In this document: piece after piece, positions 12,211 through 24,790 of the stretch | How the letters are laid out: every line of letters begins with the position of its first letter | Numbering within the stretch: the first letter of the stretch is position 1 | Assembly: GCF_009834535.1 (NCBI RefSeq) | Contig: NC_045697.1 | Location: 48,734,001 to 48,798,000 of the forward strand | Length of the DNA stretch: 64,000 nt | Reading direction: 5' to 3' | Source: Camelus ferus | Lineage: Eukaryota | Made by a program: the position numbers and the translations under genes | The notes under the pieces: generated by a model | What the model saw: only the letters and a program-made list of their open reading frames with translations | The model's database searches: none | What the model was told of the DNA's origin: nothing

Positions 12211-13771
12211 ATAAGGGTTTGCTTCTTCCCAATAGAAGAGAAATGTACATTTACTGGGCACGTGGTATGTACCCAGATACTGTGCTTTCAAAAGCTATTG
12301 TTATCTTATCATCTAAGACAGTGATGATCCTCGTTTTACAGCTAAAGAAAGCAAAATGCAACAAAATAAACAGAAAGAGGTCTGGCCAGAGACCACGCCA
12401 CCCCTCATTAAGTGCCTCTGAGGATCCCTGGGCTTTGCATACGTTTTTCTTAGGCGTCAGCCACAGCCCAAGCCACACATGCCTGGCATTTCTGCCACAG
12501 GACTCTTCTGCCCTTTATGTGAGACAAAGAGATACGCATGAAGACAAAAGACCAGCAAAGGTACCAAACTGCCACTGTTGGGCGAAAGGACTATGGATAA
12601 TCTTTTCCTTCTCTTTTTCTCTATCTTGCAAATTGTTTGCAGTTAACATTTATTATTTTAATTATCAGAAAAGGTAAAATAAGCTTTATTTTTTTTCCTT
12701 ATGAGAATGAGTCTGAGTCTAATTTCTCCATATTTTTCAAGGAAAATCTCTGTCGGGAAATGGCAGTGGATGTATCTGTCCTGGGAGCACATTTGGGCAG
12801 TGGAAAGACTTCACGCTGGTGGTGGAGTTTACTTTGGGAGCTTGGAGGAAGTAGGGTTTCTGGGAAACCAGTATCAGTAGAGGGAGATGAATCTGTCTTA
12901 AGAAAGTGAGGACTCTGTCTTTCTTCCCTCCCACCCTCTCTCTCCCTAGTGTTCCCCAAGAATCATAATAATTCCTTACTTTAATATCATTCATTATAGT
13001 ATGAAAGTACCTTCGGTGCATTAGCCCATTTGGTCCTCATAACAACCCTAAAGGGCACGTAGAGCAGTTTTATTTATCCCCATTAACAGGTGTAGAGACA
13101 GCCTTGTAGAGGGACAGTCACTTGCTTGAGTTCAGGACTCGTAAGCGCCACGACGGGCACATGAAGCCAGGGTCCCCAAATCTAACTTTCACATTCCCCC
13201 TCTCTCATTTCCAATTGTCTTTGGAGTCTACAATCCTAAAAGTCCTCTGACACACGTGACAAACAATACCAAAGCTTCTTTAAAGGGAAAGCTTCTTCAG
13301 AAGAAAGTGGAAAGTAACTGAAGTTCAGACAGGTCCCCTCTGTCTCTAACCCAAATGTCCCTCAGCCTAGAGAAACGTTGAGCCCAGATTCTGAAAGGCT
13401 CCCCAAATCCTTGCCGTCTAGCCTGCATACCTGCTCTTGACCTGGAACTTCCTAACACTGGTCACACTGCTGAAATGATAGAGGACATGCTTCGTGCTGA
13501 GACTCAAGAGCACACTTCTGTACCCAGCCCAATCATTCACTCACTCCATCAACCATCGCTAAGTATCAACCATGGACCACACAATGGATTAGGCACTAGG
13601 CTTGCAAAGCTGGTAAAAGAGACATGAAGATGTCCTGGTCCAAATTTCTATGACCTTCCTCTCCTAACCACACTGCATGGTGTAGTACCAGTGATGACCT
13701 TCAGGAAAGCAAACTGGAGAGGATCTACTAGAGGCGAGACTAGCAAGAGAGAAAGAGGACAAGAAGCGACA

Positions 13772-14974
13772 CTGTGGGGATCCTAGCAGCTCTGGTGGCA
13801 GTGGGAGGAGCGGCAGCGCCCAGGCAGCCCTGCTTGATGAAGGCACCAGGCAGGCGCCCGCCCTGCAGCCACGATGCCCGGCAACAAGATCAGCTTGGTG
13901 GTGGCGACGGAGCCCAAGAGGAGATCGGTGAGGTTGTCAGCTAAACCCGTTTCTGCAAAACTGGAAATGAAGCCAAAAAGGGTGGCAGGAAAGGATAAGT
14001 CTTCAGACAAAAAAGTGCAAACAAAAGGAAAAGGGGAGCAAAAGGAAAACATGCCACAGTGGCTAACCAAGAGACTAAAGAAGCTTTACCTGAAGGAAAC
14101 AGGAAACTGAAAACGAGGCGAGCACAGCCTCTGATGAAGCAGGAGAGAAAGCCGCCAAGTCTGATTAATATCACACACTGGGTTTTATCACTGGCCCCTG
14201 TCTCCCTTCTTGTACAATCCAGAGGAACATTTTTATCAACTATTTTGTAAATGCAAGTTTTTAAGCAGAAACATTTTTAAGAAGGAGGGAATCCCACTCA
14301 TTCATTTTTTAAAGTGTAAATGCCTTTTTTTTTTGTTAAAGAGGTGAGATCATTGGCTGGTTGTTTATTTTTTTGGTATAACCAGAAAACAGTGGGATAT
14401 TAAATATGGGGGGGGATTTGATTGTCTTAGGTGTCAGCTTAACATCCATATAGTAGTTTTTATATCTTATAATACAAAGCATACTACACGGCAATTTAGA
14501 GTCAGCTGTGCATTTACTATGTCTTGAACACTTCTGATTACTTCTCTTTCCATGTTGTTTTTGGTGAATTGTTTCCTAAAGCCAACCACTCCTTGATCCT
14601 GGCTCTCCTTGTCAGAATCCTGTGCACTCTGTAACATCTCTGGTAGTGGTAGTCCAGTTTTCTTAGTAACTTTCTTAATATGCTGTTAACAGTTGAAATT
14701 TGAGTGTGTAGGGTCTATGGTATTAAACTGTGAATTAGTGGGACTTATATATAACAGCGTATCAACATTTAAAGATACTGGTACCTAATATTCTGTTAAG
14801 GAAAATGTGCCTCCAAATTTTAAGCTGGGAAGTCACAGGAATAACTGTTCAGAAAAGAATCACAACCTCATGACTTTTTATTTTTTTGTTATATATGTTA
14901 AGAATTGTGTACAAATTGAAACATCTGTGAACTGATCCTCAAAACAACCAATAAAATGTCAATTATGAAAAAAA
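13772..14974 (+). pseudogene. HMGN1: HMGN1 processed pseudogene (full-length retrocopy)
   Basis: Intronless. ATG at 13874 gives EPKRRSVRLSAKP...KDKSSDKKVQTKGK; shifted frames give VANQETKE and ASDEAGEK.AKSD, ending TAA at 14166-14168. Frameshifts at ~14030 and ~14102. GC-rich 5'UTR, ~800-nt 3'UTR, AATAAA at 14950-14955, poly(A), and TSD AAGAAGCGACA (13761-13771 / 14975-14985). Confidence 0.95.
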
Positions 14975-16899
14975 AAGAAGCGACAAGGTGGAAGTAAGAC
15001 AGGAAAATAGATCTGGTAATACACCCTGCCTTAACTACCACAAAACATTAGGAAAAAAGAGTTTGGATGGCTACATAGACACCAAAAATGGCCATATACA
15101 CATGCACTCTTATAGAGGGAAATAGCACTGGACCAAGAGCCTGGAGGCCTGCACTGGGGTGGTACAGGTGAACTTTTGAGTTTTTAAGGCTCCTTTTACC
15201 TTTAACTGTCTATGAGCCAAGGTGAAAAAAGGGCATCAGTGACAAATCCCAAGTGAGAAAAGTTTCTTGGGTATCTCCATCCACCAGTGACGAGCACTTT
15301 CTACACGCAGCCTCCAAGTTGGAATCTGTGTGGAATAAAAGACAATTTCTGACTTCTGGTCTTGACGGAGAGACACACGCAGAATTTGGAGCCAGACCAA
15401 CCTGGTTCCAGTCTGTGCTCCGCCAGTCCCTGGCCACGATTCCATGTAAGCCTCAGGACCTCAACTGGAAACAGGGAACAGAGTACTGTCTGCCTGGTGA
15501 CATTGCTGTGGGACCTAGGGAGCCTGGCATGTGATACCAATTACCATTCAACCCAAGTGGTCTCTGTGAGATGGATGTGGGGAGTCACCCAAGGGGTGTG
15601 ACGGGATGCTGGTGTAATGATGAGCTCTAGAATTCCTTACAAAACTGCAAATGTCTAAAGCATTTGGGGAGGGGTATACATATTTAACTCCACAGTGGAG
15701 GTTTTTTGCATAAAAGCAGGAAATATGGGGCACTACTTAGGCCCGTTAGGAACAGACAGGCATAGAGGACCCAGCAACTGGTGCAAAAGAAATGGTTCCT
15801 GGAGCATCAAAGCTGACAGAATTAGCCTGAGGAATTCTCCTGGGTCTCACCAGAGGAAGCCTCAGGCACTGGGCAGGGGCCATGATCAGTGAATGTATCT
15901 GCCTGGCTGTTTGAAAAACACAGTAATGAGTCTGGACCCAGTTTTTTTTGAACCACCAGAGTCCTCTCATCTCAGGCTCTGGGGAGAGAGACCCCTGCCC
16001 TCCTGCAGGCGGGAGTGGGTGGAGAAGCTCTGGCTCTGGAAGGTCCCTGGGATCGCAAGGGTGTCTCGGGGAACAGAGTTTCTCTCTCCCATCTACATGC
16101 AAATAAGCTGCTCCTGTCCTAGACCTGCCTAGAGAAGAGGGGTGGACATGAAAAATGTAAATGGAGATGGTCATTCATCGGGAGAAAATAGGTCCCTTGC
16201 TAAATTTGGCATCAGCCGAGGAATCTTAGCAAAAATGAACTCACCCCCTTGTTTGTGAGAGAAGCCTAATCCTTACTTTGCCCGAGAGGATTATTGGGTC
16301 TTAGAAAGAAGCTCACATGCACTTTTTTTAAGCTCGTGCCAACTGCATTTGTGTCCACAATATCCGAGATTCGTTCTGCTTTTTAGGGTAGATAATAGAC
16401 ATTCCATGCTATTTAAATGCCTCCAAATCTCAAACCTAGATGTTTCCAACCTTTGCTATCACCCAAAGTGGGACTCTGTCTCCCAAGCTTTCCCCTGGTT
16501 GTTGCTTTAAATTCTTCAGAAGCACAGTTTAACTGGAAGGGAAGGTACTGAACTGCACTCAATTTGTGGAAAAGTCATCGTTTGTGGTTTACAATGTACC
16601 TTTACAAGGTGTCTGTAACTATGGCTCCATTGGCTAAGTTTCTACTCAGCTCCATCATTGTTCCCTTGGTTCCTATAGGGTTAGTGTAATACAATCCAGA
16701 GTTCTTTTCCTTTTCTTCTTTTTTTTCTTAATCCTGTATGTCCCTACTTACCCTAACACTATCTTATCCTCTCCAGGGAATTGTGGACCCACTGACATAT
16801 GTAACAGAAAAGCGGAACAAAAATCTGTCTTTCGCTTAGCATGGCACCCTCAAAACATCACTTCATAATATTACAAATTGGCACCTGTGTTGGGCTTTA

Positions 16900-17060
16900 C
16901 AAAGTATTTTTACATTACAAGTTCAATCCTCACAACAACCCTATGAAGTGTTCGCCCTCTTTTACAGAAAAGGAAACTGAGGCATGGAGTAATTCAAATA
17001 AGCTGCTCAAGATCACAAAGAAAGTGGTCAAGCCAGGACCCGATGTATTATAAAAGCTCC
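16900..17060 (-). mobile_element. MIR SINE
   Basis: AATCCTCACAACAACCCTATGAAG...TTTTACAGAAAAGGAAACTGAGGC. Confidence 0.8.
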
Positions 17061-19149
17061 AAAGCATGCCCTTAACCTTGTTCACAACCGTGAAAACCGA
17101 GCTGCCGGATCCCAGGAAGAGCACCATTCCCCCAGCACTGGCTTCCTCAGGAGTGACGGCTTGGGGCCATTTCTACTGGTTACTGCTGCTCCCTGCTCTC
17201 ACCACCGGGCCTGCTTCATTTTCCCCCGGGTTTACAATTCCTGTTTTAGTGCTGGAGCCAATGGCAGCCCAAATGAGAAGAAATTTAGGCCTTAAACAGT
17301 ACCTGAAGGATCAGCTTCTTGACAAACTCTGAGCTAGCTGTGTTCTCACACTGCTCTCTTGAACCTCAGGTCTCCCCACTGTCCCCCAGTTTCCTGTGCC
17401 TGCCTGCTCTTCCAGGCTGGAGGAAAACCTGCCTTGGGTACCAGATCCTTCCAGACCACAGCCTTGTTCGCATCAACTATGCATCAACAGATGGTATTGG
17501 GCATAAAAGCTGATGGGAAAGCAGGTGGGGAAGTGAGTGGTCATTTTTATCTGACTGGGTGGAGCAGGTCCTGCCCTGGGTATCAACATCCAAAGGAAGC
17601 GGCAGCGGGCAGGTCACAGGGCAGCCAGGCCAGCTGAGGGCAGGAGATACCCTGTGCACTGGACAACAGCCCTGGTCTCCCCTGCCACTCTCTCACCAGC
17701 ATGCCAAGCCTGGGAAGGGTACAGAATCCATGACAAAGAGAAGGTACTGGACTGTGACCCCAGCGGCAGATTGGTGGCCTCCGCCCCAGCCAGACCTGGC
17801 TCAGTGGGGAGGCAGCCTCCTCTCACTATGGAATTCCAGCTGCTAGTGGTGAAGAGGTAACCATGGCAACCAACACAAAGGGCTTAAAGTTGAGGGAAAG
17901 AGGCTGGAGGCGATGGTGAAGAGGCAGAGAGGGACTTCAAGCGACAGTCCTGCGATTCTCCGGACTTTAGCGGAGCTATTGTAGATCAGACTAAAAGGCT
18001 GTGGAGCTTGCATGCAGCCAAGCAGCCTTGAGGGGTCAGGGAAAACCAAGGAGCCAAGATCCCTGCAGGTTTCTTTTCTCCCCCTCAGAGAGCAGAACCC
18101 CAAAAATTTCATCCGCCAGGGATTTTGCTCCGAGATAATGAGGTTACTTGGATGAACAAAACTGGTACATGGTGACATTCCTTCAAATACAAGCAGCACT
18201 TTGCAAAGGGACTCCTCCCATGACCCCTGGCTTCAGCACATCTCCTCCAGAGGCCCCCACTCTGCAGGCTGGGGGACTTCTTGTGGGGGGGGGTGTTCCT
18301 TAAACAGACCTGGAACCACTGGGTGGTTGAGGAAACGGTCCTGAAGTTCTGTCTGTCTAGCCTCGCTGCAGAGGAGAGGCGTGGTTGTTGAGAACATTAA
18401 TACAGAGCCTCCGCACAAAAACCAGTACTTGGGCGGGGCGGGGTGGGTATGAAGTGAAAAGGCTCATATCTAAACAGGAAAGCTGTTATTTAACTACGTA
18501 CCCCCTCTCCGAGGTATCTGCACATTATTTTAATAAATTGGCCAGCGTGACTTTGTATGTCTTCATGAATTCAGTCGGGTTCTTGGGATTTATTCTTAAA
18601 CTTCTAACTCAGGGTTCTCTAGAGCCCAGGCAGTTGAGGAAACGCCACGGAAATGGAGAATACAAAATCTTCCAGGGTAACAGTTTCCTGGTCCTCTTAC
18701 TTTCAGGGGTCTGGGGCACACATCTCACTCTGCCTTCCTGGTGGAGACCACGATAATATCACATTCATGTCAATCCCTACACGGCTTCCACAAAACCTAG
18801 GCAAACCCTAACAAGTGCTTGTTGCCCACATTTTTTGTTCACACATTGACTTCTTAATTGGAGTCACTGGGGTAGGGGATGATGGGCAATGTTGGAGGGA
18901 GGGCTGACAGGAAGACTTCTGAGGGGCAGGGGAAAGACCCTGACATGTACATCAGCACCTCTCCTGCAAGCCCCCCTCCACAAGGTAGAAAGTAGACCCA
19001 TTAACCATTTAAAGATGCACCAACTCTCCATCACCAGTGTTCACATGCACGCAGCCCATAATGGTGGTCCTAGCCCCCCTCACTGGTGTCCCTTTCTCCC
19101 TGTGGTAATTAAATCTCAAAAATAATTTTACCTAAAAGGGAAAAGTAAC

Positions 19150-19610
19150 TGACATCATGAACATTCTCGGTTGAGATGCAAGATCTTGGGGGGGTTCCTG
19201 TCCTGGCACTTCCATGCCCTCAGCAAGCTATTTAAATCTCTTCTGTGTTTTGGGTTTCCTTGAAAAGGGGTAATAAAAGTGCCGACTTCACAGGAGTGTC
19301 AGGAAGATACAAGTTTCAGACAGCGCTTGACTCTTAGCAAGTACTTGATAAATATTAGAAATTAATTAACTAGCCAGGTGCCAGGCTAGTTATTTTTATG
19401 TGTATTTTATCATTTAATCCTTATAACAGCCTGATCTGATACAGATTAATACCTCTTTCAAAGTATTACTTATTCACCTTTTTGTGGATGAGAAAATTCA
19501 GGCTTAAAGAATTTAAGAACCCTAAATTACTAGGAGGTAGCAGAGCTCAGATGCAAACCCAGGGGTTCTGTCCCCACAGGCTAAGACCATTCCCTGACAC
19601 TACACTGCCT
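19150..19610. mobile_element. Tail-to-tail pair of MIR SINEs
   Basis: Plus-strand MIR at ~19150-19360 and minus-strand MIR at ~19375-19610 (CATTTAATCCTTATAACAGCC, GGATGAGAAAATTCAGGCTT). Confidence 0.6.
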
Positions 19611-20744
19611 TTATAGAAGACAGTTTTGTTGTTGTTACTTTAAAGTATAGACAGAAAGAAGAAATTCTGATATTTAAGAAAATAGCACCAACAAAGAGGG
19701 AAAAACCCAGGATTTTAAACCTCCATCTTACGCAAGAGGATTTTTAAAAAACCAACAAGACTAGCCTAAGACAGAGCCCTCTGCTCTGAAAAAATTTCCA
19801 GGAGAAGTAGACACACATTCACACTCACAGTTAGGGCACCTATGAACCCTTGAGTGTAAAATGTCTTATTCATCACTGAATTCCCGGAGGCTGATATGTT
19901 CTCAGTTAATGTTTGATAAATATTTACTGAATGAATTAAACCAACCCAACAACAAAATGCCTCTGCTAGAGTTGGCAAACTATGTATTGTCTTTCCCAAA
20001 CACTTTGTTGAATGTAAATAATTGAAGCTTAAAAGATTAACTATTTATGTTTACCATTCTGTGCAAGGTATTTTACTGAAAATTAGAGTTCCATGTGTCC
20101 CTTAAAAAAAAAAAAAAGCACAATATTAATTAGACACAGAGATCAACGGTTTTTCTCTTCCATCTACATCTTTGGAAAGAGGATGTAATATGTAAACCCT
20201 TCGCCTGAATTCTGTGAATGCTGTGCGCCTAGTCTGGGAGTTAGCCTTAACTACCATCATTTAATCAGTCCTCAAAAAAAGAGGGCTTCCCTTGCAGGTG
20301 TTTCTTCTTGCTGAGGTTTACCTCTGTTGGCAAAGCAAAGCCCCAGCGGTATTTTGAACAGGTAGGCAAGAACTTTAAATTCCCTACCACCTCGAGAAAA
20401 GACCCATTAAAATGAAGATACATATAATGCTAAGGATATCAGTTAATATGTTACAAGATCCTTGATAATCTTAAATAAGTGAAGTGGCTTTCCCAAAAAG
20501 TGTCACCAACACCAACACCACGTATTTATTACAGTACATGGGATTATTAGCTGACATTTATTGAGTACTTACCAAGCAGAATACTTTCATTATCTAACTT
20601 GATCCTTACAACAACCCTATGAAGGAGCTGTTTTATTATTGTCCAGTGTTTCCGGGTTCACAGGCATTTAATAACTTGCCCAAGGTAACACATACCTAGA
20701 GGCAGAGATGGGATGTATACCTTCATTCATCTCTAGAACTTAAA

Positions 20745-21305
20745 TTCTTCTTCTTCTTCTAATTGAGCTAATGCTTTGCATACAAGAAAATACATGTGTC
20801 TTAACTGTTCAGTTTGATGTAGTTTGATCATTGTATAACCATCACACAGATCAAGACATGGAACATTTCCCAGAGACCAGAAAGTCTCTTTTTATCTCTT
20901 TCCAGTCAAACTCCCTGGCTCCCAGAAGCAACCACTAACTTCTGCTGTCATAGATTAGTTCTGCCTGTAGTACTTCAAAAACAGAACTGCTTGTCTAGTC
21001 TTTGGTGTCTGGCTTCTTTCAGTTTAACAGAATGGTTCTGAGATTCGCGCAGGCTGTTGTGTATATCACAAGTCCATCCCTTTTGATTGCTGAGTAGTAT
21101 TCCGTCAGCATGGATGTACCACAATTTATCCATTTTCTTGTTGATGGACAGAGGGTTGTTCTCAGTGGTTGGCAACTGTGAATAAGGCTGCTGGGGCTGC
21201 TCTGTAAAAATCATTTTGTGGACCTTTGTTTTCATCAACTTGGGTTAACAGCTAGGCGTGGATGTGTTGAGTCACAGGGTTGATGTATATTTAACTTTAC
21301 AACAA
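20745..21305 (-). mobile_element. Old L1 3' end (L1MC/ME-like) inserted into a MIR
   Basis: GATCAAGACATGGAACATTTCC, GTGTCTGGCTTCTTTCAGTTTAACA and TTGCTGAGTAGTATTCC, with a (TTC)n tail. MIR sequence lies at ~20550-20744. Confidence 0.8.
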
Positions 21306-22429
21306 AACTAAATTCCTAACCCCTGTACTCTTCTCCCTCAAAGTAGCACTAGCTTATTAACATGTTTGATTGCTCCCCTTATATGACAAGTTCCCAGAGG
21401 GCAGAGAACCCATCTCCAGTTGCTGGGCTACCTCCCACAGAGCAAATGTTTGTTGAACAAACGAGCCACCATTGCTCCTACTCCTATCCCTTCTCTGGGC
21501 GTTACCATGGCATAAGAAGACCTGCTGGGCATGCGTGGAGAAATATGACAAGCTGAAGGATGTGAGGTAGAGGTAAAAAAACCACCCAGCCCAGAGACTC
21601 CTGACTTCCCCATTTTCTTTCTGACATGACCTTTCCTAGAAAGTGAACCCCTCCCAGTGATCCTGCAGGGAGAACAAGGGGTTGGCTTTCTTGATCAAGT
21701 GACACTACAGAAAGGGAGGAAGGTGTGACTGCAATTGAGGTCACACAGTGGTTAGAATTACAGGATACTTCTGTCACACAGGAAGGCAGAGGAAGCAGCA
21801 ACCCATGAAATCCCCCCCTTCTGAAAGTCCCCAGGAAAACAGCACCACAGCTGTAGTTCAGGGGAACAGCCTCCAACAGATGTTATAGGAATTGGTTTGG
21901 GTAAAAGGACTACCTGGGTTTCTATACTAGTTTCTACATGGAAAGTTAAGAATAAATATTGAGGAGGAAGTAAAATGTGCATGTAAAAATGTAACCAGAT
22001 TTAACACACAGGATGCGAGACTGAAAAGAAGGCTGGGTCCCCAGTGTAGACAGCTCTCAGGGACACCAACCTAAGCTCCAGGGTTTATTACACACACATC
22101 CCTCTTTCTGCCTTCTTACGAGGCAGAACTTTGAATTTCCATGAATCAATTCATTCATTTACTGTAAGTTACGGAACTTATACTGTATTCAACCTAGAAC
22201 TTCTTAGAAGGTAAAGAAATCATTATTGATTTGCTCTCTATCAATAGAAAAGGATTGGCAAGTCCCAGGGATCATTTAAAATCTCTTACCAAAGGAGACT
22301 ATTTGTTGTACGTAAATCAGAACAGGGATTCACCACATCCTGGGCTTAGGAGCAATCTGTATTTCTGTTGGTCCTAGGTTACTGAGAACTGAAATTTGTT
22401 TAGAATTCCTCATTTTGGGGGTTCAGAGA

Positions 22430-22590
22430 GGTGGCTTAGCCTTCCTTTATCCAGATGGTACTGCACTGAAGCCATCCTAGGCAGATGGATGTTTATCCTA
22501 TTCTTAAAATCTCCAGGGAAGTAAATTCTCTGCAACATCCCTTGGTAACCTTCTCCAGGGTTTTATCAAGTGGACGGTGAGGAAGTTCTG
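22430..22590 (-). mobile_element. CR1/L3 LINE fragment
   Basis: CCTATTCTTAAAATCTCCAGGGAAG...CAACATCCCTTGGTAACC...GAGGAAGTTCT resembles the reverse L3 3' end. Confidence 0.55.
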
Positions 22591-23884
22591 ATGCAGAAAC
22601 CAATAAAAATATTAACTCGATGAGCCTAAGCTACCAGCACGGGAAAGGAGTATGTGTTTGGGCACTTTGCCTTAGTGGTAGAAATGTATTTACAAAACAG
22701 ACTATACAAACAGAAACCATTTGTCAGGAGCAGATGTGGGAAGCTGACTCAAGAGAAATTGCCACAATAAATTCTGTCCCATGAACCGTGTGAAAAAGTT
22801 ATTGTTGTTTATCACATTTTTTAAGGTACAATTTTATTTCCTGGTCAATTCCTAGTTTTAGCTCCTAAACCAAGTTTGTCAGCAATTTTTAAAAGTCCCT
22901 AGCTGCAAAGTTTTCAAATGACTAGGCTTCTATGAAAAACTAGGCCTTAGCATATAGAATGTAAATGTTATTGTTATATAGAATGTAAATGCTACTGTTA
23001 TAAACAGTTTACATCTTTCTTAGTTTTGTATATTCCACCTTTTCTGCAATGATCATTCATACTTTGGTGATCAGGGAAAAAAGATTTTTAAAAGACAAAA
23101 ATAACCATCAAAATTAAGATGTAAACCACGGTAGGGTGAGATGATTTGAGGGACGATTTAGCCATATGTCTGACCCGAGCGCTTCTAATCAGAAATGATA
23201 ATTTAACTAGCCTTTAAATATTAACTAATTAGAAATAGAACTATCTTTAGACGCCACTGTGCTAAGATTTCCTGTTGCACCCCGATGTCTGGCAGCAATC
23301 TCTCCATGGAGATTATACGTCATGGGCGCCCATTCCTCCCAGTCCAAAAGGCTCCATGCACAGAAGCGTACCACAACGACACTACGATTAAATTAAAAAC
23401 AAACAAAAGTAATGCCAAAATACATCAGAGAGAGAGGCGGACACACCCCACCCCCACCGGATGCTGAATGTATTTAAATTTTATAACCGCTCCCCAACCC
23501 CTCAGCAATGCACTTTCTCTCTCTGGCAACTCAGTAAAGCATGTGTCAGGTATACGTTCATTTTCATTATTTAATTTTTCTACACGACAGCGGCACACAC
23601 CTTTTTCAAAAATTGCGTTAAGTTCTTTAACAAGTGTAAGGGGGGAGGGGCAGGCATGCCCCTGAAAATGGGATATTTCCTACAGAAACAAATGTAGTAA
23701 AATTAAGAAAGGCAAGTGGTTCTACACTCAGTAGGAGCCCTCGGAGAAAGTAATTTATCAAAATTAAAATATTTCACAGATCATTTCTTCTGAAAAGTTT
23801 TCACGCTGTCAATAAACTGCAGTTCTTTTCCTTTTGAAGTGGCAGTTTCTGCTTCCTTAATATTAAAAAAAAAAAAAAAAAAAA

Positions 23885-24790
23885 AGGCCGAGACCCAGGA
23901 ATTTCTGGAGACCCTCGGAGCGCGCCACCTACCCACTCCGCCGCCCCCCACCAGGCCGGCTGCGGGCAGAGAAAGCCCGCCCGCGGGCCCATCCGCACTG
24001 ACCGGGTTTTCCAGAGTCGCCGCAGGGACCGAAATAGACACCCTTTAGAAAGCAGACGGCGGGCACCCGCCCTCCCTCGTCAAAGGAAGCAGTGCGCCCC
24101 GCCGCCCCGGCCGCGGGCCAGGGGAAGCGGACCCGGGCACCGAACTCACCATCGCCGCTCGCGGGGCCGCCGCTGCCCCCCTACCGCGGGGCCGCGCTGG
24201 GCTCGGGCCGACGCCAAGTTCAAATCTCGCCGCAGCTGCGAGGAGGCGGCGCCGGGCATCGTCGGCGGGGCTCGGCCGCGCTCAACAATGGGCGGCTCGG
24301 CCGCGCCCTGCACCGCGGCGTCCGGGCTACTGCAGCTGCGGCGCGGCGGGCCTGTGGCGCGCGGCCGGAGGGGCCGAATCCCCGCGCCGGGCCCGGAGGG
24401 TGCGGGGGTGCCCGACCACCACGCCACCCCGGCCGCGGGGTCCGCGCCGGAGGGACCGCGCTCGCGGGGCGCTCGCCACCAGGTAATCCCACAGGAAGCC
24501 TCCCGGATTGGCCCGGGCGCTCAGGACGGGATTTGCATGTCAATGGCAGAGCTGGCTCCCGAAGGTTTGAAAACGGATTCCGGGCTGCGAGAGTCGGGCT
24601 CCGCTCGCCCCTCCGCAGTCCGCGTCCTCGGTCGTTGTGGTGTTCAGGGGACCGACACACACTCCCAGGCTCTGCTTCATCGGTTCGTACTCACAAAGGT
24701 GTCTTAACTCCACCTCCCCGCCCATTCTGAAACGAAGAGGGATCCAAAAGCAAGGTATCAACTTCAAGAAGCCCGCGCTCTCGCTTTTTA
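23885..24790. promoter_or_regulatory. CpG island promoter
   Basis: About 900 bp of very high GC and CpG density. Contains GC boxes, an NF-Y box (ATTGG 24507-24511), octamer ATTTGCAT (24531-24538) and TTTGAA elements on both strands. Confidence 0.92.
24150..24300 (-). other. First exon of an unidentified minus-strand gene, ending ...GCGGCGATG|GTGAGT
   Basis: Consensus donor GTGAGT at 24149-24144 inside the CpG island; ATG occupies the last three exon bases. TSS unknown, so the 5' boundary is approximate. Confidence 0.7.

Noticed and set aside
12171..12677. 168-aa plus-strand ORF
   Set aside because: TTG start, and it runs through MIR and degraded L1 sequence.
16752..16791. 40-nt minus-strand pseudo-exon (TCAG|...AGG|GTAAGT)
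   Set aside because: Short, frame-shifting, with a mediocre acceptor; such site pairs are common by chance.
24092..24767. Long overlapping ORFs (212, 146, 139 aa) in the CpG island
   Set aside because: Low-complexity Arg/Pro/Gly/Ala translations on both strands, as expected from stop-codon scarcity in GC-rich DNA; no recognisable domain.
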